64,000 nucleotides of DNA, from NCBI GenBank assembly GCA_020849035.1, contig JADLHC010000130.1, positions 8,214 through 72,213 of the forward strand, given 5' to 3'. The notes below the pieces were generated by a model. It worked only from the letters and a program-made list of their open reading frames with translations, was not told the DNA's origin and made no database searches. Numbering within the stretch: the stretch's first letter is position 1; each line of letters opens with the position of its first letter. The position numbers and the translations under genes are program-made. Source of the stretch: Planctomycetia bacterium. GTDB taxonomy: Bacteria; Planctomycetota; MHYJ01; WSZJ01. Shown piece by piece: positions 1-8,792 of the stretch.

Positions 1-309
1 AGCTCGTATGCCCGAGTCGCGTCCCACCGGGAGTCCCAGGACTTGATTGCAGCGAGTACATCCGCCAATGAGTCCCAGGACTTGCCGGATGCTTCGGTAC
101 GCGCTGGCCGGTTGCGAACCGAGGGAGGTGACAGCGAAGTCAACGATTCGCCCGCGGAGGCACCTGCGTCGGGAGTCACGGGCACTTCGCGAAAATCCCC
201 CTGCGACTCAGGCGTTCGCTCAGGACGCGATCGATCGCTCGATCGTGGACCTCCGAGTATGAAGACCCCCTCAACGATGCAAGCCGCGACGAATGCCAGT
301 GCAAGCCAA

Positions 310-1161
310 TTATCGCGGAGTCGAGTCACGCGAGTACTCCTTCAGCTCAGAGTCCGAGAGGAGTGAGAGGCTTCCGGCCTTCTCCAGCCCCCGAAAACAC
401 GCCGCCCTCAGCGAGGGTTCGCTGAGGGTCCTGAACTGCTTCACCAGGGCGATGCAAGCCGAATCACTTCCGTCCTTCGCCAGCGACGCTGTCGCACTGA
501 TGAGTTCGGACTTCTTCTCTCGCGTGGACTGACCCTCCAGCAATCGCAGAACGAATTCGTGATCCGATTCAGATGATCGCCGAGACGTCAGGATCCAGAG
601 AGCATGCGTGGAGTCTGGTCCAGGCGGGCCTTCGGCGATGTCCCTCACATGCGAATGCACCTGCTTCACATCGAGGTGGTACGAAAGCGCCATGAAGAGG
701 TGCCAGCGCAGTTCGGAGCTTCTCTCGGATCCAAGGCGATCAAGGAGCGCAACCGCGGCAGATGCAGTGTCGAGCTTTCCGAGGTTCTCGATAGCGATCC
801 GACACACCTTGGGATTCTCGTGCAGGAGAGCCGCTGTGTACAGGCTCTCTAGGGAAGGATCGGCAACTCCAGAGACCGTCGACCGAAGTCCTTCGAGGCC
901 CTCCGGATCCCGCCGCGCTGCGTCAACGAAGCGCTTCCAGTTTGCTTCGGCCGCTGCGGCTTCAGGCGGCAAGTCCGGGGCCGGCGGGGAAGGAATCGGG
1001 TACCGGTCCTTGGGTCTCCCAAGTGGCTGGACGGGGCGTTCCCTGTCGTCGCCGATCGTCGCGGGAGCTCGGAATTCACGGAGCGCAAGGAACAGTGCGC
1101 CCGAAAGCGCCATGATGCCAAGGGTGCCGACGAGCAGATATCTTGTGCCTGCGGGGGTCAT
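310..1161 (-). CDS. hypothetical membrane-anchored helical-repeat (HEAT/ARM-like) protein
   Basis: 283-aa ORF with N-terminal hydrophobic anchor (LLVGTLGIMALSGALFLAL) followed by alpha-helical repeat-like sequence; 4-bp overlap with upstream gene 1158-1727 suggests operon; local GC lower than window average. Confidence 0.5.
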   Translation of the reverse strand: MTPAGTRYLLVGTLGIMALSGALFLALREFRAPATIGDDRERPVQPLGRPKDRYPIPSPPAPDLPPEAAAAEANWKRFVDAARRDPEGLEGLRSTVSGVADPSLESLYTAALLHENPKVCRIAIENLGKLDTASAAVALLDRLGSERSSELRWHLFMALSYHLDVKQVHSHVRDIAEGPPGPDSTHALWILTSRRSSESDHEFVLRLLEGQSTREKKSELISATASLAKDGSDSACIALVKQFRTLSEPSLRAACFRGLEKAGSLSLLSDSELKEYSRDSTPR

Positions 1162-1727
1162 TTCACGAGTTTCTTGAGCTGCCTGATCGTTTCCAGGTCG
1201 GCCTTGACCCGCTCGGACGCCGCAGCCAGCTTTTCGGCGTCGTCGATCGCAATGTCCTGAATGTCGCTCACGGCGTTCAGGTCATCTTGGATGATAGGCT
1301 GGAGATCTTTGAGATCGGCGATTTTCTTCGTGAATGCTGGATCGTCCGTCGGCAGTAGGCTCAGTTCGGTGGCAATTGAGGTCTTCAGGTCAGTCAAGTT
1401 CACGATCAACGCGCTCAGCTCATCCTTGACCTGACCGTCAATCGCGAATTTCTTGGAGTCGATCGCCCCGGCGATGCTGCCAAGCAGGACCTCGTTCTCT
1501 TTCATGCGATCTTCGGGATCTGAAGAGGAGGGCGTTGGTGTCTCCACTGGTTTGGGCGGCTTGTCGCCCGCGTCGACTTCATCGCCGAGCGGTTTGTGAC
1601 CCAGAATCTCCAGCATGTCGTTTTGAAACTTGTGAAATGCGTTCTGCTTTGCCAGCAAGTCTCCGACCTCCTCGTCGATGTCCGCAATCAACTCGGCGTC
1701 CGCAAGTGCTGCTTCCCCCAAAGCCAA
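1158..1727 (-). CDS. hypothetical acidic coiled-coil protein
   Basis: 189-aa ORF, Asp/Glu/Lys-rich with heptad-like periodicity; start/stop overlap with the downstream gene; no recognisable family. Confidence 0.45.
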   Translation of the reverse strand: MALGEAALADAELIADIDEEVGDLLAKQNAFHKFQNDMLEILGHKPLGDEVDAGDKPPKPVETPTPSSSDPEDRMKENEVLLGSIAGAIDSKKFAIDGQVKDELSALIVNLTDLKTSIATELSLLPTDDPAFTKKIADLKDLQPIIQDDLNAVSDIQDIAIDDAEKLAAASERVKADLETIRQLKKLVK

Positions 1728-2071
1728 GAGGGAAGGCCCTGCACGACCTGGAGCTTCACCTGTAGCGCCGTACGGGTCGAAGGATCTTGACTTTGGTTGA
1801 TCAGCGCGGGAAGTGATGCGGCATCACCCAGCAAGGCCAAGCCTCCGCCGACCAGTACGTCCTGGTTGCGCTTAAGGTCGTTCCGGAGTTTCTTGAGGCC
1901 GTCGCGTCGTTTCCCCAGATCATGGATCGCCTTTCCTGCGAGTTGGACATTGCCCTCAATGATCTGCTTGGGCGTCTTGTCATGCCTGGGATCCGGTGGT
2001 CGCTTTGCATCCAAGTTCCTGATCAGCATGGGAATCGAGACGACGAACATGGCGAGTCTGAGCCTCTTCAT
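1688..2071 (-). CDS. small secreted hypothetical protein
   Basis: Internal Met at 2071 gives MKRLRLAMFVVSIPMLI signal-peptide-like N-terminus and is preceded by GGAGG 7 nt upstream on the minus strand; longer ORF from 2119 lacks these. Confidence 0.4.
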   Translation of the reverse strand: MKRLRLAMFVVSIPMLIRNLDAKRPPDPRHDKTPKQIIEGNVQLAGKAIHDLGKRRDGLKKLRNDLKRNQDVLVGGGLALLGDAASLPALINQSQDPSTRTALQVKLQVVQGLPSWLWGKQHLRTPS

Positions 2072-2133
2072 GCCAGCATGCCTCCAACAGAGTACCGCGC
2101 TGTGCTCGTTCAAAACCAAGTGAGGAATGACGA

Positions 2134-3318
2134 CTATAGCACAAATTCGCCTGGGTCAGGCGCGCGCGGCGGCGGCGGCAGCTCGACCTTGGGCTGTGCG
2201 GGCGAGGGGGGAGGCCGGCCGAACAGGGTGTGTCGGACGTCGAGAAGCCCGACGGCGACGATGACGGCGACGAGGCCGAAGAGGGCTCCGAGAACGAGGA
2301 CGAGGTTGTAGCGGCGGGAGAGGAACAGGGGGCCCTCGCCGGGCTCGTCCGGTTCGGCGGGGTTGGTGGAGAGGCCGTGGGTTCCGGCGATGCGGCGGAA
2401 GTCGTTGAGATGGATGACGGGCTTGCCTGCCTTGAGGAACTGGAGCAGGACGCCGCGGACGGGGTAGTTTCGCTCGACCCACTTGTCGCTGTAGCCCGTC
2501 GGTATCAGTTTCCCGCCGGTGTAGTTCGAGCCGACGGACGCGAGGCCGCCTCCGACGTTCACGTAGCAGCGGATATTCCCCAGATCGCCCGCCGCTTTCG
2601 CGTACAGGTCCATGCGCTTCGAGATGGACGCGACGAGGGTTTTCTCCTCGATCTTCTCGATGCCGTTGCGGGCGATGGCGGCGCGGATGGCCTCGATGGA
2701 GGCCTTGTTGAGGCCGACGCCCTTGTCCTTGTCGCCGCCGATGGAAGCGGCGAGCGACCGGGTGCGGATCGCGCCGGCATCGAAGGCGGCTTTCTCCATG
2801 TCGAGCCAGGTGAACTCGGCCTGGTTGGCGCCAAAGGTCGAGGAGCCGAGGGACGTGACGACCAGCGGGCGGGCCTCGAGAGACTCGATGGCGGCGATGA
2901 CGGCCAGGTTGGCGCCGGGGAATGATCCGGTCATGCCGACGGCCACGAAGTCGCCCTTCTGCACCTTCGCCTCCCGCAGCCACGCGACGACGACGGCGGC
3001 GAGGTTGGGCTGCGTGGCGATCTGCTTGGCGCGGAGGTAGCCCTTGTCGGTCGTGAGCGGGCCGGACTGGTCGTCGGTGCCGATGAGGCCGGTGTGCTGC
3101 GGGTCCCGCTCGTAGTCGATCGCCAGCCCCGCACGCTTCCGGGCCACCCGGATCGCGTCCTGCCCGCGCTTCACGGACGCCACCGCCGCCTTCTTCTCGC
3201 GGTAGGCGTCCTCGCGCTTGTCGACCTGGAAGCGTTCGACGGCGGCCCAGGCGGTGAGGGCGAGGAGTGCGAGCCCTGCGAGGGTGGCTGGGGGGACTTT
3301 GCCTTCGCGGAATTTCAC
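2134..3318 (-). CDS. poly-gamma-glutamate system accessory membrane protein (putative)
   Basis: 394 aa with N-terminal and C-terminal hydrophobic helices; immediately downstream of pgsC with 4-bp overlap; resembles the accessory 'poly-gamma-glutamate system protein' that accompanies pgsBC in non-Bacillus loci (assignment from memory of that family, not verified). Confidence 0.5.
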   Translation of the reverse strand: MKFREGKVPPATLAGLALLALTAWAAVERFQVDKREDAYREKKAAVASVKRGQDAIRVARKRAGLAIDYERDPQHTGLIGTDDQSGPLTTDKGYLRAKQIATQPNLAAVVVAWLREAKVQKGDFVAVGMTGSFPGANLAVIAAIESLEARPLVVTSLGSSTFGANQAEFTWLDMEKAAFDAGAIRTRSLAASIGGDKDKGVGLNKASIEAIRAAIARNGIEKIEEKTLVASISKRMDLYAKAAGDLGNIRCYVNVGGGLASVGSNYTGGKLIPTGYSDKWVERNYPVRGVLLQFLKAGKPVIHLNDFRRIAGTHGLSTNPAEPDEPGEGPLFLSRRYNLVLVLGALFGLVAVIVAVGLLDVRHTLFGRPPPSPAQPKVELPPPPRAPDPGEFVL

Positions 3319-3908
3319 AGGACGGCGGCTCCGGTGAGGAGGATGAGGAGGAGGCGGACGAGGACGGAGGCCATGATGAGGGAGGAGATGGTCTGGACGA
3401 GGCCCTGGCGTTCCATCCAGTCGGCGATGAGGCCGGGGATGATGTAGCCGATGGGGGCGAGGACGATGGAGGTGCGGTCGTCGAGGCGGATGGGGAGGGC
3501 GCGGGCGAGGGCGCCGAGGGAGAAGGCGATGAGGATGATGATGACGGTGCGGCGGCGGCCGTAGATGAGCATGTAGCGGGAGAGGACGCGGACGACGCCG
3601 TAGGTGGCGAGGGCGACGGCGAGGGTGACGGCGAGGGTGCGGCCGGCGGCGAGGGGGGGCTGGGCGAGGGCGAGGGCGACGTAGCCGGGGACGATCATGC
3701 CCCCGGTGGCGAGCCCTAGGGTTTCGGAGAAGGCGAGGGAGACGACGAGCCCGAGGGCGATGGCCTCGATGAGCAGTTCGACGGTCGGCCCGCCGGGCGC
3801 GGCGGAGCCGGCGGCCCAGGCCGTCGAGGCGAAGAGGACCGTCGCGGCGGCAGCGCGCAGGAGCAGCCCGCGGGAGCCCCGAGCGCGGTCAGCTGGCGGC
3901 GGCGCCAT
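3315..3908 (-). CDS. pgsC: poly-gamma-glutamate biosynthesis protein PgsC/CapC
   Basis: Motifs GMIVPGYVALALAQP, MLIYGRRRTVIIIL, IIPGLIADWMERQGL match Bacillus CapC (GLVVPGYLGLVFNQP / MILYGRRKF / IVPGLIANTIQKQGL); multi-pass membrane protein; true start probably downstream of 3908 (non-ATG) because longest ORF overlaps pgsB by 20 nt. Confidence 0.85.
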   Translation of the reverse strand: MAPPPADRARGSRGLLLRAAAATVLFASTAWAAGSAAPGGPTVELLIEAIALGLVVSLAFSETLGLATGGMIVPGYVALALAQPPLAAGRTLAVTLAVALATYGVVRVLSRYMLIYGRRRTVIIILIAFSLGALARALPIRLDDRTSIVLAPIGYIIPGLIADWMERQGLVQTISSLIMASVLVRLLLILLTGAAVL

Positions 3909-5091
3909 GCCGGTCCTCCCCGCGGTTCTGGAAGTAGTGCACGATCGAGTGCCCCAGCCCCCCGATGTTCCCGACGCCGACCACCAGCGACCGCTCCGGC
4001 GTCGCGTCGAGCACCGCCTCGAACACGACGTTCACCTGCTCCCCGGCCAGGTCCCCCAGGTCCACGATCTTCTCTTCCGGCGCCCCGTGCCGGATCGCGC
4101 GGTTCACGACCGCCCCCGTCAGGTCGCCGGTCAGGATCACCGTGTCCACCGCCCCCATGTCCGATGCGATCATGTCCGCGAACTGCTCCGCCCGCTGGAT
4201 CCGGTCGCCGCGGGAATTGAAGATCACGATGGTCCGCCGCCCCGGCCGGGCGCCCACGCCGAGCCGACGGAAGATCCGCAGCGTCGAGTCCCGGTCGTTC
4301 GCGGCGAAGGCGTTCGCGAACTCGATCTCCTTCTGGAAGAAGCGGATGCGGTGGAGGCGCAGGACGCCCGGATCGGGCGTGCAGCGCCGCATCCCCTCGA
4401 GCGCCGCGGCGCGCGCGACGCCGCAGTGCATCGCCACCCGCAGGGCCAGCGCGACGTTCTCCCGGTGCTCGATGTAGTCGAACGTCCGGATCTCCTCCTC
4501 TGTCACCTCATCCTCGCCGCACGCGACGACCTTCGCCCCCGCCCCCGCCGCGCGCTCCTCCACGATCCGAAGGTGCTCCCGCTCGGCGGTGAAGACAAGC
4601 CCGCCGGGCGGAATGGTGGCGCAGAGGAACCGCGCGACGTCCTGCACGGTCGGCCCCATGACGTCGAGATGGTCGGCGCGGACGTTCGTGATGACGCCGA
4701 GCGTGGATTTCACGATCCGGTGCTCCGCCAGCCACTGGATGTGCGGCTGAAGCGCCATGCACTCGATCACGATCGCCTGGCACTGCTCCTGCGCGGCGCG
4801 CCGGAAGACCTTGAGCTGCTCGATGATGTTCGCACGCCCGGGGCGAGGGATGTGCTCCTCGCGGCCGTCCGGGAAGATCATCCGCGGCTCCGTCCCCGTC
4901 GTCTTGGCGAACGTGCGGATCCCGCCGGCCCGCAGCCCCGCCGCGATCAGCCGCGTCACGCTCGACTTCCCGCGCGTCCCGTTCACGTGGATCCGCGCCG
5001 GGATGGCGCGCACGCTGGCGAGGTGCCGCCGGTACTCCCAGATCCCCCCGGCCGCCAGGGCCCCGGCCAGCGACGCCGCGAGCACGCTCAT
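3889..5091 (-). CDS. pgsB: poly-gamma-glutamate synthase PgsB/CapB (Mur-ligase family amide ligase)
   Basis: N-terminal TM then EYRRHLASVRAIPARIHVNGTRGKSSVTRL matching CapB [30 protein letters not shown] P-loop region; 400 aa as expected. Confidence 0.9.
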   Translation of the reverse strand: MSVLAASLAGALAAGGIWEYRRHLASVRAIPARIHVNGTRGKSSVTRLIAAGLRAGGIRTFAKTTGTEPRMIFPDGREEHIPRPGRANIIEQLKVFRRAAQEQCQAIVIECMALQPHIQWLAEHRIVKSTLGVITNVRADHLDVMGPTVQDVARFLCATIPPGGLVFTAEREHLRIVEERAAGAGAKVVACGEDEVTEEEIRTFDYIEHRENVALALRVAMHCGVARAAALEGMRRCTPDPGVLRLHRIRFFQKEIEFANAFAANDRDSTLRIFRRLGVGARPGRRTIVIFNSRGDRIQRAEQFADMIASDMGAVDTVILTGDLTGAVVNRAIRHGAPEEKIVDLGDLAGEQVNVVFEAVLDATPERSLVVGVGNIGGLGHSIVHYFQNRGEDRHGAAAS

Positions 5092-5119
5092 GCCCGACAG
5101 CCTACACGCCCCCGGAACC

Positions 5120-6664
5120 TCACGGCCACAGGAACAGAAGCGAAAGCTCGAGGGTGTTCGAACTGCGGCGAAGGCGCCCCTCCGCGGCGGAACCCGTGCG
5201 CCCCGGAAGGTCCACCGTCCGGCGCTCCCGTTCCCAGGCCAGCTTCACCTCCGTGTCCGTCCCGATGACGTACCCCAGGTAGAGCCGGAACGCGTGACGC
5301 TGGTCCGTCCGGTCCGCGTAGGAGACGTCCTCCGACCGCGAATGGTCCGTCGTGTACCGACGCCAGGCGTACCGGTAGGAGCCCCCGAACATCACCCGCT
5401 TCACCCGCACGTCGGCCGCAATCCTCGGCGAATACTCGCGCCAGGACCGGTCCGTCTCCCCCCCGGACGCCATGCACCGCAGCCACTTCGCATCGAAGTC
5501 CAGCTCCAGCGACAGCCACTTCGCCGGCCGCACCGTGACGTCGAGCGCCGCACGGTGCGCGGAAGAGTCGCGCTCGTTGAACTTCGTGTTCCAGTCCCTC
5601 AGCTCCCAGGCGTAGGTGAGGCCCGTCGTCAGCGGCTTCCCCCACCGCACCCAGGCTTTCCCGCCGATCTCGTAGGCGTCGTAGTGCGCGTGCCCATGCT
5701 GCTGCCCCGGCGTCTCCGGCGGGTCGACGTTCCGGAGAACATGGTCGACCTCCCAGGTCCCGAACAGCCTGTAGTTCACGCCGGGAAGGACCTGGTGCCG
5801 GACGTAGGCTCCGAACGTGTCGGTGCTCAGGCGGTGATTCCGGAGGAACCACCGCTCGTCGAGCGTCCCGCCCACGAAAAACCGCCCGACCGGCGTCTCA
5901 GGCGTGATGATCTCCGCATCGAGGCTCGAGTCGATGTAGAAATCGTCCACCGACGCGATCCGGTCGTACTTGTCACGCGGGTGATTGTCGTTCCGCTCCT
6001 CCCAGTCGTGCGTTTCCACGTCGTTCAGCTCGGCCGCGTTGTCCGTGTAGCCGAACTTCAGCAGCGACCGCGTCGCCATCCAGAACGTGTCCCGGTGCGA
6101 ATCCGCCCCCGTCGTCGAGCCGTAGCTCTTCCCGGACGGCTTCGGCTCCTCGTACCGGAAACGCAGCACGAGGCCCGCCTTCGCATCCGCGGGCACCCGC
6201 AGGACCACCGCGTGCGAGCCGTCCTGCGGCAGCTCGATCACCAGCGAGTCCGCGACCCCCGGCACCCCGTCGATCCCCCCCTCGAACAGCGCGGTCCTGT
6301 GGGCCGTGGTCTTGAAGCGCTTCTTCTGCTCCGCCCCGCCGTCCACGGTCCAGTGGAGGGAGTAGCGGACCTCGGGCGCGGTGCGGTCCGCCATCTGGGG
6401 GCGGATCTGGACGAGGAGCCGGTTCTGGCCGCCGATCTTGAGCGTGCACTCGCCGCCCGGGGGCACGAACCAGCCGCGGAGCTCGCGGCCGCCCTCGTGG
6501 ACGCGCACCTCGCGGACGCCGATCTCGGGACGCGCGTCGGCCCAGCGCTGGCCGGGACGGGGGTCGGTGGCGCGAAGCCTGTCCTCCAGCCCCCCGGCCT
6601 GGGCCGAGGCGGCCGATGCGGTGACGAGGGAGATCAGGGCGGCGAGCGGGAGTAGGCGGATCAT
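5120..6664 (-). CDS. secreted protein, putative outer-membrane beta-barrel
   Basis: 514 aa; signal peptide MIRLLPLAALISLVTASAASAQA; C-terminal half rich in alternating aromatic/polar beta-strand-like segments (SYRYAWRRYTT, FRLYLGYVIGTDTEVKLAWE) ending ...LSLLFLWP; embedded between capA-like and pgsB. Confidence 0.5.
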   Translation of the reverse strand: MIRLLPLAALISLVTASAASAQAGGLEDRLRATDPRPGQRWADARPEIGVREVRVHEGGRELRGWFVPPGGECTLKIGGQNRLLVQIRPQMADRTAPEVRYSLHWTVDGGAEQKKRFKTTAHRTALFEGGIDGVPGVADSLVIELPQDGSHAVVLRVPADAKAGLVLRFRYEEPKPSGKSYGSTTGADSHRDTFWMATRSLLKFGYTDNAAELNDVETHDWEERNDNHPRDKYDRIASVDDFYIDSSLDAEIITPETPVGRFFVGGTLDERWFLRNHRLSTDTFGAYVRHQVLPGVNYRLFGTWEVDHVLRNVDPPETPGQQHGHAHYDAYEIGGKAWVRWGKPLTTGLTYAWELRDWNTKFNERDSSAHRAALDVTVRPAKWLSLELDFDAKWLRCMASGGETDRSWREYSPRIAADVRVKRVMFGGSYRYAWRRYTTDHSRSEDVSYADRTDQRHAFRLYLGYVIGTDTEVKLAWERERRTVDLPGRTGSAAEGRLRRSSNTLELSLLFLWP

Positions 6665-6728
6665 CGGGGCTCCTTGGGGATCACCGGGGCGCCCAGAGTA
6701 GAAGCTGGCGTCGCCACGTCAATGGTCG

Positions 6729-7370
6729 TCAGTCCCGGCCGACCCGTTCGAGCTCCAGCGTCGCGGCGGCCGTTCCCGCGCACCCCGGCGCCCGCAGCCA
6801 GTCCCACTCGTTCGGCGCCTCGAGGCGTCCGCGGACCCGCTCCCACTCGATCACCGCAACGTCGTCGAAGGCCACGTCGGCGACCGTGCCCTTCGGCGCC
6901 GCAGCCCGGAGGCGGATGCGGACGAAGCGCGACTTCGGCGGCCGGACCACGTCGAACGAGAACGGCTTCCAGGCCGGCCCCTCCGACCCCAGGCGCCCCG
7001 CCACCACGGTGGCGACCGGGGCGAGGGAAGGAAGCTCGCAGAAATCGCACTCGACTTCGGCCGTGGCGCCGCGGGGGGCGTTCCACCAGCCCGCGACCGT
7101 GAACCGATCGGGGACGGGGATCCGGAAGCGCATCGTCGCGTTCGACTCCGTTGCGCAGGCGAGGCGCAGGCAGGCGGCGCCGCTCCGGGGGTCATCCACC
7201 GAGATCCGCGCGCCTGCCCCGGGCGCCCAGGTCCCGGGCTCGAGCGCGTCCGCGTCGGCGTCCCCGTCCTCAAAGCCGCCGACCCGCAGCAGGTCCCGCC
7301 CCGACTCGAGCGGCGCCTGGCATCGCGCGTCGACGACATAGGTCGACGGGTCCCCGGGAGCGACGCGCAC
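6729..7370 (-). CDS. hypothetical protein
   Basis: 213-aa ORF co-directional and tightly spaced between capA-like gene and the beta-barrel gene; no signal peptide from this Met (start may be upstream non-ATG); no family recognised. Confidence 0.35.
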   Translation of the reverse strand: MRVAPGDPSTYVVDARCQAPLESGRDLLRVGGFEDGDADADALEPGTWAPGAGARISVDDPRSGAACLRLACATESNATMRFRIPVPDRFTVAGWWNAPRGATAEVECDFCELPSLAPVATVVAGRLGSEGPAWKPFSFDVVRPPKSRFVRIRLRAAAPKGTVADVAFDDVAVIEWERVRGRLEAPNEWDWLRAPGCAGTAAATLELERVGRD

Positions 7371-7400
7371 GGGCCGGTCCCCGGACAGGACGACCGTCCG

Positions 7401-8780
7401 TTACGAGGACGCCCGTTCCCCGGGCTCCAGGGCCACCTCGACACCGCCGGCGCGCCATGCGACGTCCACGCCTTCGGAGAGCGCCCCGACGCGCCGCGCC
7501 ACCCACCGCGCGACGGGCCCGGCCGCCGCCCGCACCCGGTAGTCGTCGTTGAGAATGGGGAAGAGCCTCGCGGCGGAGACGCGCCCGTCCTCGAAGTCGG
7601 CGACGAGGAGGAGCCCGGGAAGGGCCTCGTAGCGCGACTGGTCGAACGCGAAGTTCCCGAGGCAGCGCGCGACGAGGACGCCCTCGACGAGGGCGAGCCC
7701 CTGCGGCGTGTGAGCGTGGTGTCCGACGACCAGGGCGGCGCCCCCCCCGGCGGCCACGTACGCGGCGTCGCGGGCGCGCCGGGTCGGCCGGCTTGCGTAC
7801 TCCGTGCCGGTGTGGAGCGCGACGATGACCGGCGCCCTCCCGGCCGCCGCCAGCACGTCCGCGAGGATCGCCTCCGTTTCCATCGGCGCGGCGCCGCCGC
7901 GCCCGCCCTCCGCGAGCAGCGGGACGTCGCTTCCCCGGACGCCGCTGTAGGAGAGGAGGAGGAACTTCGCCGTGCCGGCCCTCAGCTCCGCGGGGCGCCG
8001 CGCGGCCGCCTCGTTCGCGCCCGCCCCGCACGAGAGGATCCCCCGCTTCCCCAGTTCCTCAAGCGTGCGCTTCAGCCCCGCCTCGCCGAAGTCCCAGCAG
8101 TGGTTGTTGCCGAGGGTGAACGCGTCCACGCCGGCGTCCGCGAAGGCGTCGAGCGCACCGGGGGGCGTGAGGAAATTGTGCTCCTTGCGGGACACGGGGT
8201 CGCCCGGCGCGTCGCCGACGACGGTCTCGAGGTTCAGCACGGCGAGGTCGGCTTCCCGCAGGACCGGAGCGACGTCCGCCAGCACGGCCGCGGCGTCGGC
8301 GTGAAGCGAGTCGGGCCTCAGGACCGGCGCGGGAGGGGACTCGATGGTGTCGGGTTTGAAGAAGCGCCGGGTCATCATGGCGTCCCCGCCGAAAACCAGG
8401 CGGACGCGGCCGGGGGCGCGGGCCCGGAGGCGGACCGTGCCGAGGTCCGCCGCGTCCTGCCCCGCGGGCAGGGCGAGGTCCGCGACGCGGAACTCGACGA
8501 AGAACCCCTCGGCGCCGACGCGGACGAGCGCGTTCCGGCGCGCCAGCGCGTCGATCCGGAACCAGCCGCGCTTGTCCGCGGCCGCCTTCCGGTCCTGGAC
8601 CGCGACTTCGGCCGCCACCCCGAACCCGTCCTCGTCCACCACCCGCCCGGTCAGCGTCACCGGCGCGGCCTTCCACGCCGCCAGCGCCTTCGCGTCGCGC
8701 GCAAGGATCTCCCCGCCGGTTTCGGCGGACGCGCACAGCGCGGCGAGCAGGACGGCGGCGATCGCCCTCATGCGGCGCAT
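7401..8780 (-). CDS. capA: CapA/PgsA-family poly-gamma-glutamate synthesis protein (metallophosphoesterase-like) with N-terminal carboxypeptidase-regulatory-like domain
   Basis: Signal peptide MRRMRAIAAVLLAALCASA; GNNHCWDFG and VVGHHAHTPQGLALVEGVLVARCLGNFAFDQ match CapA IVGHHPHVLEPIEVYNGTVIFYSLGNFVFDQ; N-terminal ~120 aa beta-sandwich-like (LTGRVVDEDGFGVAAEVAV). Confidence 0.85.
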   Translation of the reverse strand: MRRMRAIAAVLLAALCASAETGGEILARDAKALAAWKAAPVTLTGRVVDEDGFGVAAEVAVQDRKAAADKRGWFRIDALARRNALVRVGAEGFFVEFRVADLALPAGQDAADLGTVRLRARAPGRVRLVFGGDAMMTRRFFKPDTIESPPAPVLRPDSLHADAAAVLADVAPVLREADLAVLNLETVVGDAPGDPVSRKEHNFLTPPGALDAFADAGVDAFTLGNNHCWDFGEAGLKRTLEELGKRGILSCGAGANEAAARRPAELRAGTAKFLLLSYSGVRGSDVPLLAEGGRGGAAPMETEAILADVLAAAGRAPVIVALHTGTEYASRPTRRARDAAYVAAGGGAALVVGHHAHTPQGLALVEGVLVARCLGNFAFDQSRYEALPGLLLVADFEDGRVSAARLFPILNDDYRVRAAAGPVARWVARRVGALSEGVDVAWRAGGVEVALEPGERASS

Positions 8781-8792
8781 CCTACCCGCATG

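Noticed and set aside
1-309. Short ORFs 43-366 and 47-262 at window start
   Set aside because: They are truncated by the window edge and show no motifs, so whether the region is coding cannot be decided. Left unannotated.
3697-5268. 523-aa ORF on plus strand
   Set aside because: Antisense to pgsB, whose family motifs are unambiguous. Its composition is Arg/Pro/Ala-rich, typical of GC-rich out-of-frame translation.
4757-6655. 632-aa ORF on plus strand
   Set aside because: Antisense to the 5120-6664 secreted protein. It is low-complexity Arg/Pro-rich with no motifs.
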